Source: Candidatus Saccharimonadales bacterium (GTDB lineage: Bacteria; Patescibacteriota; Saccharimonadia; Saccharimonadales; OMJO01). From it: a stretch of DNA of 24,000 nucleotides. The stretch covers positions 1-24,000 of the forward strand of contig JBKJPJ010000072.1 of the NCBI GenBank assembly GCA_046595225.1, written 5' to 3'. The translations under genes were made by a program, and so were the position numbers. Position 1 is the stretch's first letter. The number at the start of each line of letters is the position of its first letter. Below the pieces are notes generated by a model, which worked only from the letters and a program-made list of their open reading frames with translations, did not search any database and was not told the DNA's origin. Below are positions 14,467 through 22,011 of this stretch, one piece after another.

Positions 14467-14511
14467 GGTCTGGGTGGTGCGTTCGCATATGGCGTTCATG
14501 CCACCCAGACC
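14467..14511 (+). repeat. Perfect 11-bp inverted repeat (hairpin with 23-nt loop) just after the stop codon
   Basis: GGTCTGGGTGG 14467..14477 pairs with CCACCCAGACC 14501..14511. No T-run follows. Confidence 0.8.
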
Positions 14512-14563
14512 TCCAGCCCACCGCAATCTCAACGCAATACACCATTACCCCTATGAAAATTAC

Positions 14564-14591
14564 AAAAGCCCAGAGTGGGCTTTTTTGTTTT
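14564..14591 (+). terminator. Rho-independent terminator
   Basis: AAAAGCCCA-gag-TGGGCTTTT followed by TTTTTTGTTTT. The GC-rich core stem is AGCCCA/TGGGCT. Confidence 0.8.
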
Positions 14592-14605
14592 CTGGCCCCT
14601 AATAC

Positions 14606-14635
14606 TTGACAGTAAAATTAGCACTCGGCTATTAT
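14606..14635 (+). promoter_or_regulatory. groESL promoter TTGACA-N18-TATTAT
   Basis: TTGACA 14606..14611, TATTAT 14630..14635. The -10 lies inside the spacer of the first CIRCE element. Confidence 0.65.
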
Positions 14636-14644
14636 GAGTGCTGA
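14618..14644. promoter_or_regulatory. CIRCE operator (HrcA binding site), 1 mismatch to consensus
   Basis: TTAGCACTC-ggctattat-GAGTGCTGA versus the consensus TTAGCACTC-N9-GAGTGCTAA. Confidence 0.9.
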
Positions 14645-14647
14645 ACG

Positions 14648-14674
14648 TTGGCACTCTCATGATGTTTGTGCTAA
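14648..14674. promoter_or_regulatory. Second, degenerate CIRCE-like element
   Basis: TTGGCACTC-tcatgatgt-TTGTGCTAA. It has the same 9-N9-9 geometry and 3 mismatches to the consensus. Confidence 0.55.
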
Positions 14675-14715
14675 TTACTCACAGAGCGCAAACGAGACTT
14701 AAAAAGGAGGAAGCT

Positions 14716-14985
14716 ATGGCTGTAAATATTAAACCAATGCCCGACTATGTTGTAGTTCAAGCTGAACAAGCTCAAACTAAGACAATCAGTGGCCTGTACA
14801 TACCGGAAAACGCCCAAGAGAAGCCGAAGACGGCAACGGTAGTAGCCGTAGGTAAAAAAGTTACCGAAGTTAAAGTTGGCGACCGTATTATCTATAAAAA
14901 CGAGTACGAAGCAACCACTGTCAAAAATGGCACGCAAGAATACATCTTGGTATATAAGAAAAATATTATTGCGACTGCTAAGTAA
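14716..14985 (+). CDS. groES: Co-chaperonin GroES, 89 aa
   Basis: ORF-track 14638..14985 trimmed to ATG 14716, which is preceded by AAGGAGG (14704..14710). The product MAVNIKPMPDYVVVQ...KPKTATVVAVG...VGDRIIY is the typical Cpn10 pattern. groEL is immediately downstream. Confidence 0.95.
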   Translation: MAVNIKPMPDYVVVQAEQAQTKTISGLYIPENAQEKPKTATVVAVGKKVTEVKVGDRIIYKNEYEATTVKNGTQEYILVYKKNIIATAK

Positions 14986-15045
14986 CACCCGGACCAACAG
15001 TTAATTCATACTACATAATTAAATAGGAAAACAGGAGAATAACAG

Positions 15046-16698
15046 ATGGCAAAAAAAGTATTTTATGATGATGATGCCCGTCGGAGGGTACTTGGCGGTG
15101 CTAAAATTTTATATGAAGCTGTAAAAACTACGATGGGCCCTAAAGGTCGGAACGTGGTAATCAGTAAGAGCTATGGTAACCCAACCGTGACCCACGATGG
15201 CGTAACCGTGGCCAAGGGCGTAGAAATTGATGATCAGGACGATGAAACCCTGGGTTATAAAGTCGGGGCTGAATTGATTAAGCAGGCTGCAAACAAAATG
15301 AATGATGTGGCTGGAGACGGCACCACTACGGTGACGGTTTTGACGTACCACATCCTGCATGAAGCCAATAAGCTGATTGCTGCCGGCCACAATCCAATGT
15401 TGCTGCGCAAAGGTTTGGAAAGTGCTGCCCAAGATGTTATTAAAAAGCTCACCAACATGAGTGAAGATATTAAAGGTAAAAAATCTCGAGTGGCTGAAGT
15501 GGCCACCATCAGTGCCGGGGATAATGAAATTGGTGCCTTAATTGCCGATATCATCGAAAAAGTTGGTAAAGACGGTGTCGTTACGGTTGAAGAAGGCCAA
15601 GGGCTGTCAATGGAGAGCGAAGTGGTCGAAGGCTTTACGTTTGACCGCGGTTTTGTAAGTGCTTACATGGTTACCGATACCACGCGCATGGAAGCCGTTT
15701 ACGATAAGCCAGCGATTGTTGTAACAGACAAAAAGCTAAGCTCGGTGCAAGAATTCCTACCACTTTTAGAGAAGCTGGCCCAAGCTGGCAAAAAGGACCT
15801 AGTATTGATTGCCGACGAAGTAGAAGGTGAAGCGTTAGCGACCCTAATTTTGAACCGGCTCAAAGGTGTCTTCAATACTATTGCCATCAAGGCTCCAGCT
15901 TTTGGGGATCGCCGTAAAGACATCCTCAATGACATTGCCATATTAACAGGGGCAGAAGTTATTAGTGATGACACCGGCACAACCTTTGAAACAGCCGAAC
16001 TGAGCATGGTTGGTACAGCCCGTAAGGTTATTGTGACTAAAGATGAAACCACCATAATCGAAGGTGGCGGATCTAGCACGGAGCTGAACGCCCGCATTAA
16101 GCAGATTAGCGCTCAAGCTGAAGTAGCCACCAGTGAGTACGATAAAGAAAACCTCGACAAGCGTCGGGCTGCACTCGAAGGTAAGGTGGCTGTCATTAAG
16201 GTTGGTGGTGCAACAGAAACCGAGATTGAAGAGAAGAAGTTCCGTGTTGATGATGCGGTTCATGCGGTCAAAGCGGCCTTAGATGAAGGAATCGTGCCCG
16301 GTGGTGGGGTTACCCTCATCAACCTGAGCAGCAGTGTCGCGGCTGTACCTACCGATGACCACTCAGTTGCCGCCGGCCGTCAATTACTTAAGAAAGCCTT
16401 GGAACAACCATTCCGGATTTTACTTGAAAATGCTGCGGTTAATCCCGATGAATGGTTACCGCTCATTCAAAAAGCCAAAGTCGGCCAGGGAATTAACGTC
16501 AATGACCCGGCAAAACTGGTAGATCTTAAATCTGCTGGTATTGTTGATCCAGCCCGCGTTACCAAAGGTGCTATTCAAAATGCCGTATCCATTGCTGGCA
16601 CCAGCATGACCATGGGTGCCTTAGTCGTTGAAGTTCCCGAAAAATCTGATCCAGCTGCTATGGGCGGTGGTATGCCTGGCGGCATGGGTATGATGTAA
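15046..16698 (+). CDS. groEL: Chaperonin GroEL, 550 aa
   Basis: GPKGRNVVI, AGDGTTTVTVL, VEEGIVPGGG-like DEGIVPGGGV and a C-terminal GGM-type tail (GGGMPGGMGMM). GGAGA Shine-Dalgarno upstream. Confidence 0.98.
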   Translation: MAKKVFYDDDARRRVLGGAKILYEAVKTTMGPKGRNVVISKSYGNPTVTHDGVTVAKGVEIDDQDDETLGYKVGAELIKQAANKMNDVAGDGTTTVTVLTYHILHEANKLIAAGHNPMLLRKGLESAAQDVIKKLTNMSEDIKGKKSRVAEVATISAGDNEIGALIADIIEKVGKDGVVTVEEGQGLSMESEVVEGFTFDRGFVSAYMVTDTTRMEAVYDKPAIVVTDKKLSSVQEFLPLLEKLAQAGKKDLVLIADEVEGEALATLILNRLKGVFNTIAIKAPAFGDRRKDILNDIAILTGAEVISDDTGTTFETAELSMVGTARKVIVTKDETTIIEGGGSSTELNARIKQISAQAEVATSEYDKENLDKRRAALEGKVAVIKVGGATETEIEEKKFRVDDAVHAVKAALDEGIVPGGGVTLINLSSSVAAVPTDDHSVAAGRQLLKKALEQPFRILLENAAVNPDEWLPLIQKAKVGQGINVNDPAKLVDLKSAGIVDPARVTKGAIQNAVSIAGTSMTMGALVVEVPEKSDPAAMGGGMPGGMGMM

Positions 16699-16799
16699 CC
16701 CTTAGTAGCCGACGAATTCTAGCCAACACAAGTTCTTGCAATATAAGCTATTATGTACTATTGTTAGTCTAGAAACATGGTGGATAAGGGAGACAAGGT

Positions 16800-17186
16800 A
16801 TGTGGCCGTTTAAGCGGAAAAAGGCTAAGATCACGACTAAAACAACAGTCCCCACCGAAGTGCAGGATTACTATGAGTCCAGCCGGCGTGAGCGCAAAGG
16901 TATAGCCTGGTTATTGGGAATTGCCGTGTTAGTAGTAACTATTCTACTAGCATTCCTACTGTTTTTTGGGGGGCGCTGGCTGTATCGTAAAGCGACTAAC
17001 AAACATACCGTAAAGAAGCCATCAACCACCCAGCAGGTATCTTCTAAGCCCACGGCAGAAAAACCTAAACCTTCCACAACTACGGATACTAATCCTACAA
17101 CAACAACCACAACTACGCCGCCGACTCCTACTCCTGGCACTGGCTCAACCCCGCTACCTCGGACCGGCCCCGACCTAGATCTATAA
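16800..17186 (+). CDS. N-terminally anchored Thr/Pro-rich protein ending in LPRTG, 128 aa
   Basis: Basic N-terminus, one hydrophobic helix (IAWLLGIAVLVVTILLAFLLFF), then a T/P/S/K-rich low-complexity region and LPRTGPDLDL at the C-terminus. AAGGGAGA Shine-Dalgarno upstream. Confidence 0.6.
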   Translation: MWPFKRKKAKITTKTTVPTEVQDYYESSRRERKGIAWLLGIAVLVVTILLAFLLFFGGRWLYRKATNKHTVKKPSTTQQVSSKPTAEKPKPSTTTDTNPTTTTTTTPPTPTPGTGSTPLPRTGPDLDL

Positions 17187-17294
17187 TTATTTGTAACCGT
17201 TGTCACAGCACATTTTGGTTCATCATGGTTAGATAGCATCAGTCTACGATTCGTGCAATTTGTCTAAACTATAGTGATGAAGGGGGTTACCAGT

Positions 17295-17651
17295 ATGATT
17301 TCTCTGACAAAACAAGACATCCAAAATGTCATAGATTCTGCCAAGAATCGGATTTTAGAACGTGTCGCTACCCGGCAGGACATCCAAGCGGCCTGCGACT
17401 CCACCCGAGATAGAGTCCTGACCTATATTCACGATGTACAACAGCAGCAATACCAGCTGTCTCGACAGACAAATACCCAAACAATTCAGTTAGCTCGCCG
17501 GATGACCGCTATGGAAAACCGGCTCGTAACTATCGAGAGTGAGCTGAGAGCTATGCACGTGTTGTTACAGCGGGTTGCCGAAACCAACGAAGAGCAACGG
17601 GTTCCTCGCAACGTCGCTTTGCAAGTACTACGTAATCAGTATTCAGTTTAG
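17295..17651 (+). CDS. Hypothetical coiled-coil protein, 118 aa
   Basis: ORF-track 17274..17651 trimmed to ATG 17295, 8 nt after AAGGGGG. Q/R/L-rich heptad-like sequence. No family recognised. Confidence 0.55.
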   Translation: MISLTKQDIQNVIDSAKNRILERVATRQDIQAACDSTRDRVLTYIHDVQQQQYQLSRQTNTQTIQLARRMTAMENRLVTIESELRAMHVLLQRVAETNEEQRVPRNVALQVLRNQYSV

Positions 17652-18211
17652 ACTAATTTATTTTCGTGCTGAGTAAAGTAGTTAATTTCGTTGACGATAT
17701 CTAGGAGCGCTTGGGCACGCGCAGTGTCATCAGCGATCTGTTGAGCAGATTCATAGGCACTTTTTACCAATGTTTGATCATCAGCCGCCTGAATCATCAT
17801 CATGGTTGTTTTGAACTTTTCTTCGGGCGTTTGATTCAGATGACCTACAAGAGGCGTTAATTGCTGCAAAGCTTCTTTTTTGATGTCGATTAATTCATCA
17901 TCAGCAACGGGGTTGCCGGGAGTAGCCGTCACTATATTGGCAATATCTTCTTCTGTTTTTTCTTCAGTATTTTCGGTAGCCGGTAAAACCAAACCTGGAG
18001 TGAAGGGTTGTCCAAATTGTGGGGTATCAGAATCAGTGCTTGCTGGTGCAGTTGGCTCGGTTGCTGTTACGGCAGGGGCCTCCGGCGCATCGAGCGTTGG
18101 TGGTTCAGGTGCTCCAGTTGGGTCAGGGTGTGCCGAACTTACAAATCCGCCGTTGTCCTGAGGATCTTCAGTGTTCCTAAACTCATCATCTTTATTGCTT
18201 TGACCAAACAT
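17648..18211 (-). CDS. Hypothetical protein with disordered P/T/A/E-rich N-half and helical C-half, 187 aa
   Basis: ORF-track 17648..18226 (TTG) trimmed to ATG 18211, which is preceded by GAAGGAGGTG. No family recognised. Confidence 0.55.
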   Translation of the reverse strand: MFGQSNKDDEFRNTEDPQDNGGFVSSAHPDPTGAPEPPTLDAPEAPAVTATEPTAPASTDSDTPQFGQPFTPGLVLPATENTEEKTEEDIANIVTATPGNPVADDELIDIKKEALQQLTPLVGHLNQTPEEKFKTTMMMIQAADDQTLVKSAYESAQQIADDTARAQALLDIVNEINYFTQHENKLV

Positions 18212-18287
18212 TCCCACCTCCTTCAAGTATGAATCGTATACCTATTTCGTATATAGTATAAGGTACCAATGTATAAACGTAAACGTT

Positions 18288-19334
18288 TTGGAGCGGTCCG
18301 TGTTAGATGACCTCAAATATATTCATCAAAAAGATACTAAAGACGCCTTAGGTATTGCCGAAAAACAGTGGCAGCAGTATCAGCACAACTTTGGTTTTCG
18401 TGCGGAATTTAAACCATCCATTACCAATGTGGTAGTGGCGGGTATGGGCGGTTCGGGGTTAGCAGCTAAGGCGGTTCAATCTTGGCCAGGGCTGCAGGTT
18501 CCCCTTACCATAGTCCAAGATTATGATCTGCCGCAATTTGTTGACGAACATACGCTTGTTATCTGCTCAAGTTACTCAGGGAACACCGATGAAACGGTCT
18601 CGGTGTTAAAGCAGGCACTGAATAATCAGCAAAAACCTCAGCTGGTGATAGTGGCATCTGGAGGAAGTTTGCTGGAAACTGCTCAAACCGAAGATTTACC
18701 TTCGGTTATTCTACCAACAGGCTTACAGCCACGGATGACGTTTGGGTATCAGCTGCGGGCGTTAATCGAGATTTTGGAAGAAGCCGGTTTAGTTACAGGG
18801 GCGGCTCAGAGTTTGCAACCCGCTGGTGAATGGCTCAAGACCGAAATGGAAGCTTGGCTACCGACTGTACCGACAAGTAAAAATCCTGTCAAACAACTGG
18901 CCTTAGAGCTGGTGGGTAAATCGGTGGTTATATATGCGGGCCCAAAACTCTCAGCCGTGGCCTATAAATGGAAAATCAATTGTAATGAAAATGCTAAGAA
19001 TATTGCTTGGTGGGGCCAACTGCCAGAGTTTAATCATAACGAGTTTTTAGGCTGGACCAGTCACCCGCGTCATAAGCCGTACGCCGTAATCGATTTAAGG
19101 AGTAATCTAGAGCATCCCCAGGTGCAAAAACGTTTTGAGGTGACTGAACGATTGTTATCCGGGCAACGGCCCGCGCCGCATATTATTAACGCGGCCGGTA
19201 AAACGTTACTGGAACAACTACTATGGACGATTGCTTTAGGGGATTTTGTGAGTTTGTATCTAGCTCTGCTGAATGGCCTCGATCCCACGCCGGTTGACCT
19301 TATTGAAAAATTTAAGAAGAGCCTGCATGAATAG
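18288..19334 (+). CDS. Bifunctional phosphoglucose/phosphomannose isomerase family (SIS domain), about 345 aa
   Basis: SIS-domain signatures VVVAGMGGSG and ICSSYSGNTDET, with the length and layout of the archaeal-type PGI/PMI family. The start is ambiguous: TTG 18288 or GTG 18300 (MLDDLKY...). Confidence 0.8.
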   Translation: MERSVLDDLKYIHQKDTKDALGIAEKQWQQYQHNFGFRAEFKPSITNVVVAGMGGSGLAAKAVQSWPGLQVPLTIVQDYDLPQFVDEHTLVICSSYSGNTDETVSVLKQALNNQQKPQLVIVASGGSLLETAQTEDLPSVILPTGLQPRMTFGYQLRALIEILEEAGLVTGAAQSLQPAGEWLKTEMEAWLPTVPTSKNPVKQLALELVGKSVVIYAGPKLSAVAYKWKINCNENAKNIAWWGQLPEFNHNEFLGWTSHPRHKPYAVIDLRSNLEHPQVQKRFEVTERLLSGQRPAPHIINAAGKTLLEQLLWTIALGDFVSLYLALLNGLDPTPVDLIEKFKKSLHE

Positions 19335-19366
19335 AGTATTATAGAAACAGATTAGGAGTGCCGATA

Positions 19367-20110
19367 GTGAAGCAGATCTCGAGCGCGAGCGATATACAAT
19401 CTTTGGGCTCGATTTTATCTATTTGGGCACATCCGGACGACGAGACGTTCTCTTGTGCAGGTATTATGACTATGGCCGTAAGTAATGGTCAGAGTGTGGC
19501 CTGCATTACCGCCACTAGGGGAGAGGCTGGCATCCAAGACGAATTACGCTGGCCGGCAGCTCAGCTTGGAGATATTCGCCAAGAAGAATTAGCTGAAGCT
19601 TTACATATATTAGGGATTCACCATCATCACTGGCTCGATTACAATGACGGCCACTGCCAGGAAGCAGATCAAAACCAGGCAGCCAAGCAACTTGCTACAT
19701 ACATCGACCTGTATAAACCCAACACCATTCTAACCTTTGGGCCCGACGGTATGACAGGGCATCCTGACCATAAAACAGTATCAGGGTGGGTGGACCGTTC
19801 CCTAGCCTATACGGTGGAAAAACCTGTAATTTACCATAGCGTTCAATTACGTGGAATTTATGAAAAGTACTTAATGACTGCCGACGAGCGCTTCGATATA
19901 TTCTTCAATATAGATAAACCACCCCTTAAAGAGCCATCAGACTGCGATATTTGCATCACCCTGCCAAGTGAAACCTGTCGCAAAAAGTGCAAAGCCTTGG
20001 CTGCCATGCCGTCACAGACAGAAGGTCTAGTGAATCACTTCGGTGAAGAAATTCTGCAGAATGTATTTTCTAGCGAAGCATTTGTGCTGGCTTCGGAACA
20101 GGCTAGATAG
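19367..20110 (+). CDS. PIG-L/LmbE-family N-acetylglucosaminyl deacetylase, 247 aa
   Basis: AHPDDE and HPDH zinc-binding motifs (ILSIWAHPDDETF, GMTGHPDHKTV). ORF-track GTG 19358 moved to GTG 19367, 8 nt after AGGAG (19354..19358). Confidence 0.8.
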   Translation: MKQISSASDIQSLGSILSIWAHPDDETFSCAGIMTMAVSNGQSVACITATRGEAGIQDELRWPAAQLGDIRQEELAEALHILGIHHHHWLDYNDGHCQEADQNQAAKQLATYIDLYKPNTILTFGPDGMTGHPDHKTVSGWVDRSLAYTVEKPVIYHSVQLRGIYEKYLMTADERFDIFFNIDKPPLKEPSDCDICITLPSETCRKKCKALAAMPSQTEGLVNHFGEEILQNVFSSEAFVLASEQAR

Positions 20111-20648
20111 GTTTTTCTTTAAGACCGATCAGGTAAGCTGTATAGCTTACCAGTATATGCAGTCCAAAATAGAGCAATAAAATAGTACCTGCTAAAACTA
20201 CCGGCCAGCCAATAATAGGGTAGGAAAACAGCAATCCACCAATTATATAGTCTATCTGGTCGAAGGGGAACCAGCGGTTTCCGGGCTTTACTCCTAAACG
20301 CCGTTTGAAAAAACTTTCTAAGGCATCACCAAACAAAGCGCCAAAACCCATGAGTGCACCAGCGACCGCCACTAATACCGCAGTTCGGAAATTTACTAAA
20401 TAACGCGAAATAATGAGGAATTCTACTATGGCGGTCAGTGCTCCCATTGCCGTGCCAAAAACCAGCCCCCGCCAGCGTTTATTATCGCCCAGTAACCGAT
20501 GGCCCTTATATTCCTTACCTAAGTCTATCGGTGTATTCCAACGTTTAAGTCCCGGTAAGTAGCCAGCAATCACGGGGCTCATATTCGCAACCCCAGCCGG
20601 TAGAAAGATCCAGAAAGCAAACATCAAATTAGTTATTAATGCGTCCAT
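20103..20648 (-). CDS. CarS-like protein (CDP-archaeol synthase family, PF01864/DUF46-type CTP:lipid cytidylyltransferase), 181 aa
   Basis: Polytopic membrane protein. TPIDLGKEYKGHRLLGDNKRWRGLVFG, GALFGDALESFFKRRLG, PFDQIDY and the C-terminal YTAYLIGLKEKPI are collinear with my recollection of archaeal CarS (TPIDFGK...ILGDGKTWRG...FGD..GSFIKRR.G...DQL...Y.AY.L.LKE.PW). Confidence 0.75.
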   Translation of the reverse strand: MDALITNLMFAFWIFLPAGVANMSPVIAGYLPGLKRWNTPIDLGKEYKGHRLLGDNKRWRGLVFGTAMGALTAIVEFLIISRYLVNFRTAVLVAVAGALMGFGALFGDALESFFKRRLGVKPGNRWFPFDQIDYIIGGLLFSYPIIGWPVVLAGTILLLYFGLHILVSYTAYLIGLKEKPI

Positions 20649-20652
20649 TGGG

Positions 20653-21300
20653 TTAGGCTTTTAATTTTTTTCTTAAACGGTGGTATTTAGGATATAACAG
20701 TGCCCGAAGAGTCGGTTTACCAGCCACTGCTGTGGCAGTCCTTACCTGGGTTAATAGAGTATCTTGGGATGGTAGGGTAGGGAGTAATGTGTAGGCTTTT
20801 CCGAGACCATGTAGGCCATGGGCGTCACTACTTGCTACACCGGGAATCTGATGGAGCTTAGCCCAAACCACGGCTTGTTGGCTGCGGTCTTGGGCGAATG
20901 CCCGGCCGTTATACACCTCAATCATGTCAATATGGTCTGCTATTTCTTCCAATACCGCCGGATGCAACCCCTTTCGGGCTGTTTCAAAAGGATGCGGAAT
21001 GTACACTAATCCGTGCTGATCTTTGATCTGTTTAACGGTTTCTAGGGGAGTTAGCCCGCTCGCTATCGCTTCATGTAAAAACAATCCAATAATTTCACCG
21101 GCAGTAGTCATGATTTCTTCTCCAACTATGATCTTTTCACCCAGTTCCTGGTGTAATGCTTGGGCGGCATCTATACGGTTATGGTCGGTGATGGCTATAG
21201 CATCCAGTAAGCCACTTGAAAGAGCGTTATGGTACTGGGCGGCAGTGATGCCTCCATCTGGTGAGGCGTATGAATGAGTGTGTAGATCGAGTTTATACAT
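20653..21300 (-). CDS. PHP-domain metal-dependent phosphoesterase, 215 aa
   Basis: N-terminal DLHTHSYASPDG (HxH), ITDHN, and later His/Asp ligands (IPHP, SSDAHG), typical of PHP (polymerase and histidinol phosphatase) domains. Confidence 0.8.
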   Translation of the reverse strand: MYKLDLHTHSYASPDGGITAAQYHNALSSGLLDAIAITDHNRIDAAQALHQELGEKIIVGEEIMTTAGEIIGLFLHEAIASGLTPLETVKQIKDQHGLVYIPHPFETARKGLHPAVLEEIADHIDMIEVYNGRAFAQDRSQQAVVWAKLHQIPGVASSDAHGLHGLGKAYTLLPTLPSQDTLLTQVRTATAVAGKPTLRALLYPKYHRLRKKLKA

Positions 21301-21919
21301 CTAATTTTTTGACGACGCTGTTGATGCGTTGCAGCGCAGTTATAAAACTAAGTACCGTCACGATTATTACTGCGGCTATAAGCTGGTTAACCAATAATCC
21401 AACTACCAAGGCTGCAATCCGGAGGTCATAACTCATCAGCCCGCTGCGAAGTGATTTGTTGACCTGATGATCGCTAGATTTGTGCCCAGCGAGGGCAACT
21501 TCGCCCCAGGCATTTATATACGTCACCGTTAGGGATATACCACAGGCGGCCACAGCCCAAACGGCGGCATAAGGGTGATTAGTAGTAACAAAAGCATAGG
21601 TAATACCAATATATACCAGCACTTCTTTAAGCCTATCAGTGGTAGAGTCAAGGAACATACCTAAATTAGTAGCCGTACCCTGTACGCGGGCCATGGCTCC
21701 ATCCAGAGTGTCGAATAATCCAAAAATGAGTAACAAAACTCCGGCCCAGAGGTATGACTGGTTAGCTATCAGAAGGGCAATAGGGATATGCATCAGCATC
21801 CCGAACAAGGTGATACTATTCGGGCTTAGCTGGCCGCCGGTGAGCTTATTAAGCCCTTTTGCCAAGACAGTCATCTTACGCCGAACCACCGTCCGTATTC
21901 GGTCCAGTAGTTTTTCCAT
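21293..21919 (-). CDS. CDP-alcohol phosphatidyltransferase family protein, 208 aa
   Basis: Exact signature D-x2-DG-x2-AR-x8-G-x3-D-x3-D in FDTLDGAMARVQGTATNLGMFLDSTTD. Multi-pass membrane protein. TGgTATACT (complement of 21927..21935) lies 7 nt before ATG 21919. Confidence 0.9.
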   Translation of the reverse strand: MEKLLDRIRTVVRRKMTVLAKGLNKLTGGQLSPNSITLFGMLMHIPIALLIANQSYLWAGVLLLIFGLFDTLDGAMARVQGTATNLGMFLDSTTDRLKEVLVYIGITYAFVTTNHPYAAVWAVAACGISLTVTYINAWGEVALAGHKSSDHQVNKSLRSGLMSYDLRIAALVVGLLVNQLIAAVIIVTVLSFITALQRINSVVKKLDV

Positions 21920-22011
21920 AATTATTAGTATACCAAAGATACTACCGTTACTCAGTCACTGAATGTGTAGGCCGGTTACGGATAATTAGTGAATGGTACA
22001 ATAAGTCATAG

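Noticed and set aside
14638-14715. Longer groES ORF starting at 14638
   Set aside because: The extension covers the CIRCE elements. ATG 14716 has a perfect AAGGAGG SD and yields the canonical GroES N-terminus.
15109-16522. Five antisense or out-of-frame ORFs (62-132 aa) inside groEL
   Set aside because: They are nested in an unambiguous GroEL frame and are shadow ORFs.
17095-17130. ACN-rich tract (acaacaacaaccacaactacg...) as a phase-variable simple sequence repeat
   Set aside because: The repeat is imperfect, with mixed ACA/ACC/ACT/ACG codons. It has no homopolymer or perfect microsatellite that would promote slippage.
16871-17239. Minus-strand 122-aa ORF with a poly-Val/Gly run
   Set aside because: It is the reverse-complement reading of the Thr/Pro-rich region of the 16800 gene. 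The plus frame has the SD and TM helix.
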